From contig NC_088858.1 in the NCBI RefSeq assembly GCF_963853765.1, positions 19,220,001-19,284,000 on the forward strand: 64,000 nucleotides of DNA, in the 5' to 3' direction. The first letter of the stretch is position 1. The number at the start of each line of letters is the position of its first letter. This stretch comes from Magallana gigas (lineage: Eukaryota). Position numbers and translations under genes: made by a program. Positions 25,836 to 38,271 of this stretch are shown piece after piece. A model generated the notes under the pieces. That model made no database searches. It saw only the letters and a list, made by a program, of their open reading frames with translations, and was not told the DNA's origin.

Positions 25836-26021
25836 GAGAAACAAACTACAGAAGCTGTTGGTAACGATACAGAGATACAAAACCAGGATAGTCCTGATAA
25901 ATGTAGAAAAAGAAAAAGGAAAATGTGTAGTCGCGTCTCATCCATGAAACGTCAGAAGGTCGATGGAGAGACCACAGACGTCACTTCCGTTCTTAAACAA
26001 GAGCCAAAGGCTGACAAAAAG
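25836..26021 (+). CDS. Uncharacterised gene, exon with bipartite NLS and SUMO consensus
   Basis: Acceptor atattttcag| and donor AAG|gtacat; 186 nt, phase 0-0; ...KCRKRKRKMCSRVSSMKRQK...VLKQEPKADKK. Not in the ORF track. Confidence 0.8.
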
Positions 26022-26153
26022 GTACATAAGTTTTAATGTTGTTATTGGCTTTTAAATTTCATATTTCATATAAGGATTCAATGAATTTTTTTGTGAATTG
26101 ACTTAACGTACTTATATAAATTGTATAATACTTTCATGTTTTTCTTTCCACAG

Positions 26154-26381
26154 ATTTGGTCAGAAAATAGCCAAGATCATGATGACTTCGTGAATGACGC
26201 CCTCAAAATCCTGCGAGGAGAGTCCTCCGACATGTTTCCCGAGAGTATCATTGACCAACTCTTCAAGGACACCTTTGAGTCCGATATCTTCCTGACTTCC
26301 GGTGACGATTTTGCCATGGATCCACTGTTCTTCCTTTCTCCAGAGTTTGACCATGGAGTCAACAGCCTCTGGAAGGACTGA
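26154..26381 (+). CDS. Uncharacterised gene, terminal exon with acidic-hydrophobic tail
   Basis: Acceptor tttttctttccacag|, phase 0; IWSENSQDHDDFVNDALKIL...IIDQLFKDTFESDIFL...DDFAMDPLFFLSPEFDHGVNSLWKD*; AATAAA follows near 26655. Confidence 0.8.
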   Translation: MWSENSQDHDDFVNDALKILRGESSDMFPESIIDQLFKDTFESDIFLTSGDDFAMDPLFFLSPEFDHGVNSLWKD

Positions 26382-28300
26382 AGCTTCATGAACTGATCAC
26401 CCACAGTCTTTCAGAACGTTTTCATAACTTAATTTGAACAGATTTTAATTTATTTAGTGATGAATTCATACTATTTCCACAGCTTATATATGCCTTTCCC
26501 CATGTTTATTATAGATTTACTCGTATATCAAAGAGTTTGAACAATAATCACTTTGCGAAGTGTTTTTTAATTTATACTACAACCGTCTGTTTTTATACTT
26601 AGAGCGTATTGAGAAATGATGTGAAATTATTTTGATTCAATCTTATTTTTGAAAATAAATCTTTTTGCATATAAAAGATTGCCTTGTTGTAAATTTGACT
26701 TAATAGATAGATAAAGATACTAGTACTTTGCATTTATTTGACACATCAGATGACCAAAATCTATTAATGAAATGCAAATAAATTTAATTTTACGTTAACC
26801 TTGAGAGACACAATAACTTGGAGTCTGACGTTAATCTGCGGTGTACTAAGATTGAACTCGATGATTCAACCCGTTATATGTGTTTCTACCAAATACATAT
26901 AAATATAAAATGAGAGTACCAGGTAAGCTAATTTGGAGTCTCCTTGATTTGGAGTAAGCTACTTAAGCATTAGAATTAGTTGTAGCTCTTCTTTAAATAC
27001 ATGTATACTGAGAATTCATATGCTAAACATGGTGAGGTTTTCGTTTTTAGCCCAAATGTGTATACAATGTACGGGAAATTACAGAAGAAAGAGAGACTAG
27101 ACATTTGACATGATGATACTTTAAGTTTTTTAACCAACGTTCAAATTCATGATCTCCTTATAAAAAAGGTAGACTTACGAATTTTGAGAATAATAGCGGG
27201 TAAATAGTATATGCATATTTATGTTGAGGATAGAAGTAAGATCAGTTTAGAATTAAAAGAACTGTCGATTTATCGTTTAATAACCCTAGATCAAATTACA
27301 TTTACTGAAAGACTGATTCTTTGGCGTACAATTATTCACATGTTGAGTAAAAATGGGGGGGGGGGGGGGGGGGTTGTGATTTTAATACAAAAATGAGTTA
27401 TCGCTCTTTGAATGAAACCAAAGGAACAGTTCGGAATATCGCAAAAACCCAGTAATAAAGTCAACACAAATATATTTCTTTTCGTTTCCATATAAAATTT
27501 TTAAAAATTGGTTTGTACATTTGAGGTTCGATCCCGGTGCCTTTGGGTTTGGGTGCCGCGCTCAGGCTGTCTTGACTATTCGGTGTTCAATTTGTATCGC
27601 GTTTTTATATAAGTAACGGTTACCTTAGGAGTTAATATTAGAGCTGGGAACTATTTTCTTGTAATGAGTTATTCGGTTCTTGTGGTATTTAAACCCAGGA
27701 CCAAGGCTCTATTGCCATTCGACAACTTAGCTACGACCACTTAGTCGCAAAGTTGCTGATGTTTTTCTTTTTTCTCGTTTTTTAAAAGATAGCTGATCTC
27801 GATGTCCTGCTTTTGGCAAGAATATCTTTTTAGGATGCAGTACTTTTTGCGGTGGATACTTTATATTCGGGGCTGGCTGTTCCATGGATGAAACCAAATT
27901 TACTTGTATATAAAAACGATAATAAATTTGGCTAATGTTGTCACCTCCTTCATTATGCGTTTGTTTCGTTTATTTATATGATTATGAACTTGAAATAATT
28001 TATGTTCGGCTGAGCGAAGCGAAAGAGAACATAAGTGTAAAATCAATGTATTTATATTCAACTTTACTCTGCAGTTTATTCAGATTTTTACAAATGATGT
28101 ATGCATAATGTACTGTATGTCCTCACATAACATAATTTCAAGCATTAATCTTTTCAATTTATATGGTATATTTGGGTGTCTCTAAAGAAATCTAAAATCT
28201 ACTCTGACCTTACCAAAATAATTCTAATTATCTTAAATGCCGCTGATTAGATTGCATTCTACGTTTTACGATATCTGTTTATTTCGAATATGTTTATATA

Positions 28301-28508
28301 CTGTAAAAGCAGAAATATTCGTTGAGGATTTAATTTCGTTATTTTCGTTGGCAGTATAATTCAACGAAATTAAATCCATGACGAATTTTTAACCAAAGTA
28401 TTAATGAATAGAAAGAGATAAAAATATAACGAAATTAAATGCCAACGGAATTTTATTTGGTTAAAAAAACACGAAATTTTGACCCAACGAAAATATGTGT
28501 TTCTACAG
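28301..28508. mobile_element. Tc1/mariner-type MITE (208 bp, TA target duplication)
   Basis: TA|ctgtaaaagcagaaatattcgttg ... caacgaaaatatgtgtttctacag|TA; imperfect TIRs of about 25 bp and internal aacgaaatt repeats. Confidence 0.75.
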
Positions 28509-30817
28509 TACATGTTTGTACTTATACAGTACAAGAGGGATCGCACATTAAACTGAAGACCCCCCCCCCCCCACCACACACAGTCAGACCCCCCCCCCCC
28601 CCCCCACACACACACACAGTGTTTAGGTTATTTTGCCGGTAATAATTATTCTCTTGAGAAATGAACAAGTACATAGTAATAACTTCCAGGAATCGAACCA
28701 GCAGCCTAAAAAATGCATACCCATAATTATGGCCACGTGTCCTTTCCTGTCTAAAATGCTAAGGTCTTGCATACAAGAGTGTTTTTGAAAACACTCTATC
28801 TGAAATATGATCTGGGAGAAATTTTGACTCTCATATCAAATAAGTAATTTACATACAAACCTGTACTTAATAAATTGTGATCATTTATTGACAAACTTTT
28901 GAAATCAATCGCAATTAATTAATCAACACAATCTGAATAACCTAGCATACACTGCTGTGCAATTGGAAAACTTTCGTTTACAAACTTGCAATTCTTTGGA
29001 ACGAATTAAGTAACACAATATAGCAATTCTTGTAACGGATTATAATCAAAGGTATATGGTTATTAATTGGAAAGTTTTCATCATTATTTTATAAAGAGAA
29101 ACTTGTTATTCATTTCGAGATGGCTAATTGGCACAACATTATTTTTGTAAATCTAAGTAATTGTTCAACAAACGTACAGTGTTAGTTCACTTAATCAAAG
29201 TACTGTAAACGTAAATTACATTTGGCTGTGAATTCTATTTAGCGTTTTTGTCAATATGCAGCTTCCACTGATTCAACTACATGTACATTGCCAAATATCA
29301 AACATATATGTGGATAAATAGGTTCATTCAGATTCAGAAACACGCTAAATCAAAAACACTCTATCCTTTTGAATTTTTTGAAAATAATTTTCTGCCAAAT
29401 ATCAAACAAGTTAAATACAGTACATGTAATGTACATGTAATACATTTACAGTGCAATCATAGCTATTCTCTGCAGTTGCATCGTCAACGCATCGGTAACC
29501 CATTAAATGGTAACCCACTGCATAAAAGTGATCAAAGCTCTTCAATTCATTGAGGTTTCATCGGCACTGTTTATTAAGTTTAACGAATTAACCAACACTA
29601 TGTTGCAACCTATTACAACGGTTTATCAACACATTTGACGCTCAGTCAACGCGTGCATTGGTAATAGTTGACAAAACTTCTGTCAACGCACATTACTATT
29701 CAATAAGATGATTGATTAACATGCTTGAGTTTATGATCAAGAACTTTTGAAATAATAAGTTTCTAAGATATACAAAAAGTATGATTTTTACTATGATTCT
29801 TAGTGTAACAGGTTACCATTGTTCTGACCTAGTGCTAGTAACCGATTTACCGGTAACCGGTAGGCAATTTCCATTCTTTAGACTCTTTAATAAGTCAAAT
29901 TGGGTTACATTGTATTCATAAAAGAAATTATTTCATTCTTAAATGTAATGCGGATGACCTTTGACTTTAGATGTTTACAACTTGAGTTTGGCCGCATTCA
30001 TTCTCATGGGGTTGACAGTCACAATCGTGACTCTAAACCTTGTACATGCATGCTTGGAGCTGTTGTGTCAATCCTTGACCCTCAGTGTTGTCAAACCCGC
30101 ACTGTCGCAGCTTTGCACGTAACCAACAATCGTACACCTAGCTTATAAAACCAATTGATTGTTTTATTATATCATTTTAAAATAACGTGAACAAAGACGA
30201 TACAAGCTATCACTGACTGAAGCTAGCTTCTCGAATATAGCAGAATTCGTGTAAACGATTGCGTAACTATTCAAAGGAGATCATTCAATTTTTATATATA
30301 ATTATATATAAAGTTGTAGATGATCATGCAGGTGAAGATAAAAATCCACCATTGAGGTTACCAAGCCTAACAGATATCACCTACATAAAAAGCATCAAAA
30401 ATACATGTAGCTAATCGAAAATTACGACATAAACGTTTGCCGCAATGTATTTTAGTCGATAAATGTCCTGGTTTTTTTTTGACATTCCCTTTCTTAAGAA
30501 ATTATTCTTATTTGAATTTTAACAGAAATTGTATAAATACGTTGTAAAATTTAAGCGAGAAGTATTCGGACCTTTATGTATTATTCATCGGTATTCTTAA
30601 ATAGATACGTCAACGTTACACGTAATGCCAGCTATAGTAGAGAAATCCCAGACGACACATCAGTGACGTATATACTAACGTCCCTGGACACATGTACTTA
30701 TCCGTAGTTTACATTTGGTCCATCATTCTTCTATGGGGCTTGTGTCTACATATGATTTCATGCGACTCGAACTTTGTTGTACAATCATCATGGCTTCTAC
30801 GATTAACTTGACTTATC

Positions 30818-31175
30818 GAAACGTTTTAACAAGAGCTTGGACTTTGGGCAGTACGTGACAAACTCCGATTTGACGAAGGCGGGGTTTACTCATGGTTAAC
30901 TGCCCAGTCATTGGCTAATAAATATGAATATATTGAACGCAATGACACTCGCCCGACTTCACACATGGATGTATCTTTCGCTGTCAGAACAGCGTCAATT
31001 TTACACAGCAGAGCAGATCTTGGCAAACAACTTTCCGATTTTGACAGTTTATGAATATTAATGAGCATCTCTTAGCGAATTAGAAGAAAGGGGGCCAATA
31101 TCTGACAGCTTGTTTTGATGAGCAAACTAGATAGTAACATCCCACAGAAAGTCCAAGCTCTTGTTAAAACGGTTC
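30818..31175. mobile_element. TIR element (MITE), copy 1
   Basis: gaaacgttttaacaagagcttggacttt ... aaagtccaagctcttgttaaaacggttc; near-perfect TIRs of about 28 bp. Confidence 0.8.
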
Positions 31176-31199
31176 TAACTGCTTCTTTGGGAGGAACAA

Positions 31200-31610
31200 G
31201 ATAGTACAGAGGCATTCCATCTGCCCATGTTTTATGCGAGGTTCTTTGCTTACATATCCCCAGGTTTTTGTTTTATTTTTTGAGCCCGATGTTATAATTA
31301 ACACTCTACGGCAGGCAACTTGTCCTCCCACGCTTTAATTGTCCTTGTCGGCTATTTTAAGGCTAATTGCATTGTGATGTTTGTGTTAGGGTATGCCCTA
31401 TCTACTTCCATCTGCATGTTTCACTGGTTGTTTTTTGGTCCTCCTCCACATGTCTACGTTGCGGAAGGTACTCGGCCATCTTATCCCAATGATGTTTTTC
31501 GGGCACATGTTCACAAAGACTGGACTGATTTCATGGATGTTGATGTTTCTATATAGTTTTCAGATCCATTTTTGAGTACTGGCAGTTTTCAGATCCATTT
31601 TTGAGTACTG
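31200..31610 (-). mobile_element. Decayed 3' fragment of an RTE-clade non-LTR retrotransposon
   Basis: Minus strand reads, with frameshifts, VLKNGSE...VFVNMCPKNIIGIRWPSTFRNVDMWRRTKKQPV...WK*IGHTL, matching the RTE C-terminal pattern VFVNxCLRxIxGIRWP...LWRRT.Q.PV...W.WIGHTL. It contains a 29-bp tandem duplication at 31555-31610. Confidence 0.75.
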
Positions 31611-32606
31611 ACTTACATATTGGTTTTTGATATTTTGAGCTTGGTGTTTGTTTATCAATACCCCGCTCTCAAACACAGGTCTTGACATTGTAAAATCTTG
31701 CTTGGCCTTCTTTTTTTCTCTTCATGTCTTCGCATGTGTCCCCTGTTAATTGACAAAACTTCCTAAATAGGTAAAATATATAATGTCCTTTACTTTGACC
31801 TTGCTGATCTAAAGGTCGGGAACATCTTTAGAAGTGATGCGAAATGGCACAATTTCGCATGATTTGGAAGACTCGCAATTAAAAATATGATGTTCAGTGG
31901 AATGGATGAATTGCAGGGAACAAACAGATTATATGGGAAGTTAGACCAGTGAGGCCCGACTCTTGCAAACCTTTTAAAGGGTTGGCGTTGTTCATTCCTT
32001 TAGTACACGTGAAATAGCAGTACTTTCAGTCATCTATAGAGATGAGGAAAACAAGTATTCAGATTGCACAGATGTCATTTTTCGTAAGATCTTAGTTAAT
32101 CATTCTTCCGGATTTTCCCTAGCTTGTCCTTAAACACTTTGGGAAATGGGAAAATGGTCTGGTCCGAATAATAATTAGTCTAGTATATATATATTAAGAA
32201 ATAAACCTTTACAACACGTATAACGTTCCTTGAGCTAATATAAGGTTCTGAATACTGAAGTTGAAAATGTTTAGGTTTGCAAACTTTCAAACTTAAGATT
32301 TCTAAAGTATTTTTTGTGTTACAGAAAATTCTTGTACTATGAAAACTTTTCCCTGATCGTTGACCCCTTTTGTGGATACTGATGACGTCATTCAACGAGA
32401 CAAGAAGGGCAACGGATAATGCGAGGCAAACCAAGTCCTTCTATTTTGGAATATTATATTTATATTATGAAGTACACGTAAAATATTGACGTTAGGTAAT
32501 GGTCTTGAAGCTCTGATAGAAAGCGTCCCATGTCATAAATGTAGTTCATAAGTTGCTGTGACGTCATCCATTTGTTCTTGCTGTCTGCAGATCTATCAGT
32601 AATGTA

Positions 32607-32857
32607 GAACCATTTTAAAACAAGAGCTTAGACTTTGGGTAGTTGTGTCAGACAGCAATGTGACGTAGGCCTATGTATTTCACTGCTGGCCACTCAGCCA
32701 TTGCTCTTTGAAATCAACAGGATTTGTATGGCTTTTGAGCTAAGTCTACGCAATCGGTGCATATTTCGCTTGAAAACGCGTCATTTTTAATTTGTTTTGA
32801 CGCAAAAATAAGATAGCTACGTCCAACTGAAAGTCCAAGCTCTTGTTAAAATGGTTC
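32607..32857. mobile_element. TIR element (MITE), copy 2 of the same family
   Basis: gaaccattttaaaacaagagcttagacttt ... aaagtccaagctcttgttaaaatggttc; same TIR and similar subterminal sequence as 30818-31175, with a different interior. Confidence 0.8.
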
Positions 32858-35149
32858 GAAAAATCAGTAAGATGCTACACAGAAGACTGTTTCCGTAATG
32901 ATATCGTTTTATGTATAAATCAACTTGCATGTATGACACTAAAGGGAATATTCAAGTCAACATAATTCCCATGTATTCTACTCTGAATATATCTAATATT
33001 GAGTATTTTCAACATTAAAAAACATGATACTCTGTCGAATTACTTGGCTTTGATTTTTTTTTCTCGTCAAAATTGTAAACGCATTTTTTTTTACACATAA
33101 TGTTATTGTTTTTTTGTTGTTGTTGATCCGGCATGCATGTCTTGCACTTATTAACCAGGATTTTAATCATATTCTTCTCTTTAATATCTAGGTCACCCAG
33201 TGGAAGCAACCCCTTAGTGCTTATATGTTGTGGATAAGTGTGGATACTCAATTTGGTGTCTTGAATTCTTTTTTCTGTTCAGCGTGAATTAAAACGGTTT
33301 CTCTGATGCGGACAAATTAGATTTCGCCACCTTCCATCGACTGTCAATAAGTCCACTATGCTGGGTCACGGCTTAGTCCGTGCCGACAGCGAAAATATAG
33401 TGACTAATTATCGCTTGTTTCACGGGTCAATGTGACGCGTGAATTCCACAGGGTTAATATACAAGTTCAATACTATGACCGTTTTTTTATTTATAAATAA
33501 CAGTTTTATAAAAAAAAATAATAATAAGGAAGTGCGAGGAGCCATTATTCAATATGCAACAATGTGTGGTATCTGACATTTTAATTTTTTTTTTTCAGAT
33601 TCATTACATTTAGGGTACATTGTATGAAGTAATGCACGGTATTGGTGCCAAAACGGGTCCTACATGTATATGTGCAGAAACTAAGATTTTTCAAGAGTCT
33701 ATTTTCGCAAGAAATTAGAAAAAGAGATTAATTACAATACTAGGATATCATTTGAATTTGTGATGGCTGAGTTTTTTTTTCTACGCGCGTTTTTGTTTGT
33801 TTAAAAAATGTTTTGAAAAAAATAAAACGTAATATGTTAATTTAAATCTCACATGATGTTCATTCCAACAAGTATCCGTACCTTTCAATAATTCAGAGAA
33901 CCATCTCGATCGACTCTTTTCGCAGAAGAAGCATCGGCCTGAGAATTCGAGGATATCATATTTCTGTTACAGAAGAGAATCCCCGCCAATTGACAGTTCT
34001 CGCCATAAGGTGATACAGAGTGCTAGACTAAAAGCACGTGCCTACGACGCTAGGATGGAGCCAAAAAAACCTAAGTCCCTCCGTATCTAATTTCATTCTA
34101 GCGCATTGCCAACTGTTCCTTTAGACAATGCTCGTCTTTTCACCAACTATCATATCATAACGTCTGATTGTTCAATTCTATTCTAACACATACTCGATTT
34201 TATTCCTATTCACGGATTCCTCCGCGCGGGGATATTAACCACATGGCACCGCTTGCTATGTATTAAAATTTAAAACCAGAAACCATTGTTGCATTGTTTC
34301 TGGGAGAGGGCGTTGAGTAACTTAATTATTCGTTTTTCCTTATACCTGGAAGATGAGATGTTTTCATTATTCGTCTGTAATGGTTTGATTATTTTTTCCG
34401 CTGGTTAACATCTTTTTAAATTTTTTTTTATCTTGATCACTAATACATTTCGATCTTTAAAAGAAACTTGTGCCGGTTTTTTTTTAAAGTTAAAATTCAA
34501 ATTTCTATCACTGATAAAGATGTGTTAAAAACGCAAAATGTTATAAACAAATTCAAGCCAAAAAATCATTCTTTTTTTTACACCGTCTTGTAAATTGATT
34601 CCTATATATAGTACATATTATATTATTGATCCAACACATCTATAGATTAAACATTGTTAAAAATATAGCTTTCTAAGAATACATTGCTGAATAGTACGTG
34701 CCTAAATTTGGTAAAAGTCTAATTCTTTCCCCAGAAATATGTTATTCATTAGGTTTTAGTTATAAATTCTTATTCAATCCTCATGCTTCATAATATTTCT
34801 AGAATTGGTACATGTAAAAGTAAGCTGTGTTAGCTGAATATATAGATACTTGTCTCTATTTCCAATTATTGGTTAATGTTGTTTTGTACAACGGTGAAAA
34901 TATAAATTGAAATTCATTTTTATTATACTACCCAAAAAGTTCACTAAATTGTTTTAAAAAAATGATAAAAAATCGATTTTTGTTATATCGTTCATAATCT
35001 AAGAACCTGTCCCACCACATGGACGATGTAATTCAAATCATTGTTGATCTTAAATTAAAAAAAACAAACAAACTACAATCACGACTAATAATCTTCGTTC
35101 GTATGGATTCAGTATATGATGCAAAAACCATAACAATATATAGCAATTT

Positions 35150-35774
35150 CCGATGGCGGGTTATATTTGCGGGTATAATTTTTTGCGATTTTAAATAAAA
35201 TGGAGGAATAAAATGACGCAAATAAAAAGCCTAGCTCTATCAGGTTACCTAAGGCCTGGTGCTTTAACAACCGAGCAATTTCAGTCATAATAAAGTGCGT
35301 TATTAATTGCTATGTATATATATGCGCCTTTGGCCACGAATTTACGGACTTGTATTATTTTTTACTAAAAACGTTCATTTGTTGGGATACAAAATGACTT
35401 TTTTGTTGATTGAAATCGGACCTAATTTAGACTATGATATAAATACGGAGCACAGGCACACTCTATAAAATTAAAAGGCACTGAAGGTCTAAAAATGATA
35501 CAATTTTGAGGTTTTGTCACGCATACGCTAATTCAAATTAACATATTCCAAGCATTGAACATATTAAAGGTTTACAAATCGAGATATATATTGTTTTGAA
35601 TGATTTTTAACAGAATTATTAGATTTGCTGATATGTATTATTTTACAATATATCTTATCCGTCCTAATATAAGCATAATGCACGCCTTATTTTTCAATCT
35701 TCTTTGTCAATTTTTATTTAAGCCGCTATAATAAGCCAAAATTAACATCCCCGCAAAAATAACCCGCTATCCGG
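35150..35774. mobile_element. Old MITE with degenerate TIRs (probably Tc1/mariner-derived)
   Basis: ccgatggcgggttatatttgcgggtataattttt ... aaaattaacatccccgcaaaaataacccgctatccgg are imperfect inverted repeats. Confidence 0.55.
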
Positions 35775-37254
35775 ATTTGTATTGTTTTATATAATCACAG
35801 ATTATCTCCATTCCAGTTGAAACAAAACTGCACATACATGAAGTGAAGAAAAACACAAAAAAAAAACCAAAATAAAAAAAAAGGTAAATCTGTTCTAAAG
35901 GTTCCCTAATCTGGAATTAATCTTGTGTTTAATAATTGTTTCGTTTTCAATATAATTTACGTTAAAAACCCCAGAAATAATTTATGTTAGTATTACTTAT
36001 ACATCTAAAATTATATTCTCATTATTCAATCACGTATCGTTGGTCATTCATGATTAGATGAAGCGCATTTTAACCTCTCCCCTTTCACCCCAACCCCTAT
36101 AATTCATTCACTACTATAACTTGATCATCAGGTCCCACTGTCACCAACTTTCCTCCAGTCATTACTAAGCCTCAAGCCTGAGTTTTTACCTCAAATTCAT
36201 GCACCTTTCCTCTAAGGATTTGAGATGAGGACTGAGTTGAGTGATTAGAAAATTTTGGTGACGTCGGTGCCAGCTTTTGTTTGAGGGAATCAAAAAGAAC
36301 CTCCGATAGAAATATCTTTCGACCACTTATACTGGCTTTTTAACTGAAAGTCATATGTTGCATATTATTACATTGCAAATCATACTTATATATAAACATA
36401 TATTTTGGAAATTTTTATCTTACATTGTGTAAAAATATGATTTTCGAGTACAAAGTATATATTTTCTCCCACCCTTGCCAATTTCAAGTTGTTCAACCTC
36501 TTTCGTCCGACCGAAAATTTCACTTTTGTGGGAACTGACAGAGGAGGGGACCTACGGTCCTAACAAGTGATAACATTAGGGCGTTATACATGAGGAGCAT
36601 TCTCTTTATCAAAAGCTGGGAGGTGTAAGCAAAGATTCCACACAGCAGAGCCATTAACATTGTTGAAGCTGTTGTCTCCATTGTTTCAAGTACGTATGTA
36701 ATGGATGCCGGGCAAATATAAAGTAGATCACTCGAAATAGTGAAAATGCTGCAATAGAAATTACGATGGCAATTTCAGATGTACATATTCTCGATTGGTA
36801 GGAAGATTGTACATAATATGTTTTTAAAAACCGTCCGTTTTTACCTTAAACAGACCCTGTTTATTTCGTAGAACCCAGTCGTTAATTTATTCTACAACCA
36901 GACGTTCTTAATTCATTATTATTAATGCACCATTATTGAGTATATAGCCTTTTTGTGAAAGAACCCGGATTTGTTACGGCGCGTAGAATTTTTAAAATAT
37001 CATTTTTCGTTATTACCATATTTATCAGATTGTGTGATACACATGAAATTTTTTGGAGGCATAAAATGTTTTCCTGCTCGAAAATATTTTTTGTTGCGTT
37101 CGTATAGCTTCCACGGCACAGCGCGATTTTATATCATTGTTTTGTTTACATTATTGTCTGCGAAATAAAAGAATCAATATGTAGTGAATACCTGGATGAA
37201 ACATGCTGTTCGTTATATTAAAGAGGAAGACCATCATTTGGCAGTCTTCTGATG

Positions 37255-37376
37255 ACAGCCGACCGATCGCATTGACAAGCAGACGATAGGTCGGCTCGCG
37301 CGACACGCCCTCCATTCAGTGAGCGGAACTCCCTCTTCTTCACACTTAGCCAATAGAAATACACTGCCTTTAAATA
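37255..37376 (+). promoter_or_regulatory. Six4/5 core promoter region
   Basis: CpG-rich segment, Inr-like TCAGT 37316-37320, CCAAT 37350-37354 (AGCCAATAG) and TATA-like TTTAAATA 37369-37376, 130-250 bp upstream of the ATG. Confidence 0.5.
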
Positions 37377-37504
37377 CAGCAATTAAAAGTTGGTACAAAG
37401 ATGGTTCATATCAAATCTTGTTAGATTTAGTTTTTTTAATATCAAATGTGAATGACTTTTTTCTGAAGAGGAGAATTTTTCGGTTCGGAGAGGAGAAAAC
37501 AAAG

Positions 37505-38271
37505 ATGGATTCTTCAAGTAATGGAGATTCTGGTATTTTACCGGTGGATCCAGTGTCGAACTGTTCCCCCGGGGACATTCCCAACACCCCATCAGAGGAT
37601 GTTTTGAATATGGACACCATCACAAACGAACACAAAAACAATCGAGTGATAGACTCGGACGTTCGAACCTCAGACAGCGGATCCCCGAATTCGAATTCAA
37701 CAAATTCGGAGTTGTTGTCCGGCAAAAATTTAACTTTCTCGCCAGAACACGTTGCGTGTGTGTGCGAAGCTCTCCAACAGAAGGGGGATATCGAGAGACT
37801 CGGGCGTTTTCTCTGGTCCTTACCCCCCAGTGAACTTTTAAGAGGAAGCGAAGCGGTGCTCAAAGCTAGAGCCACGGTGGCATTTCACCGCGGGAGTTAC
37901 AGAGAGTTATACGCCATTCTGGAAAGTCACAAATTCGACGAGGGCAATCATGCTTTTCTGCAGCAACTTTGGTACAAGGCCCACTATATGGAGGCACAGA
38001 AAATCCGCGGGAGGCCTCTGGGTGCCGTCGACAAGTACCGTTTACGAAGGAAGTATCCTTTACCGAAAACAATCTGGGATGGGGAGGAAACTATTTACTG
38101 TTTTAAAGAGAAATCACGACAATCATTGAAAGAGTGCTATAAAAATAACAGGTACCCCACTCCCGACGAGAAAAGGAATTTAGCAAAGAAAACGGGTCTG
38201 ACATTGACTCAAGTCAGTAACTGGTTCAAAAATCGCAGGCAACGAGACCGCACGCCCCACCAGAACCCAGG
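37505..38271 (+). CDS. SIX4: Six4/5 homeobox gene, coding exon 1 (SIX domain and homeodomain)
   Basis: ATG at 37505; SIX domain [15 protein letters not shown]...[20 protein letters not shown]; homeodomain [12 protein letters not shown]...[35 protein letters not shown] of Six4/5 type; donor GG|gtaaga, phase 2. Confidence 0.96.

Noticed and set aside
37319-37504. GTG-initiated N-terminal extension of Six4/5 in the ORF track
   Set aside because: It overlaps promoter and leader motifs, is AT-rich and not protein-like, and the first in-frame ATG is at 37505.
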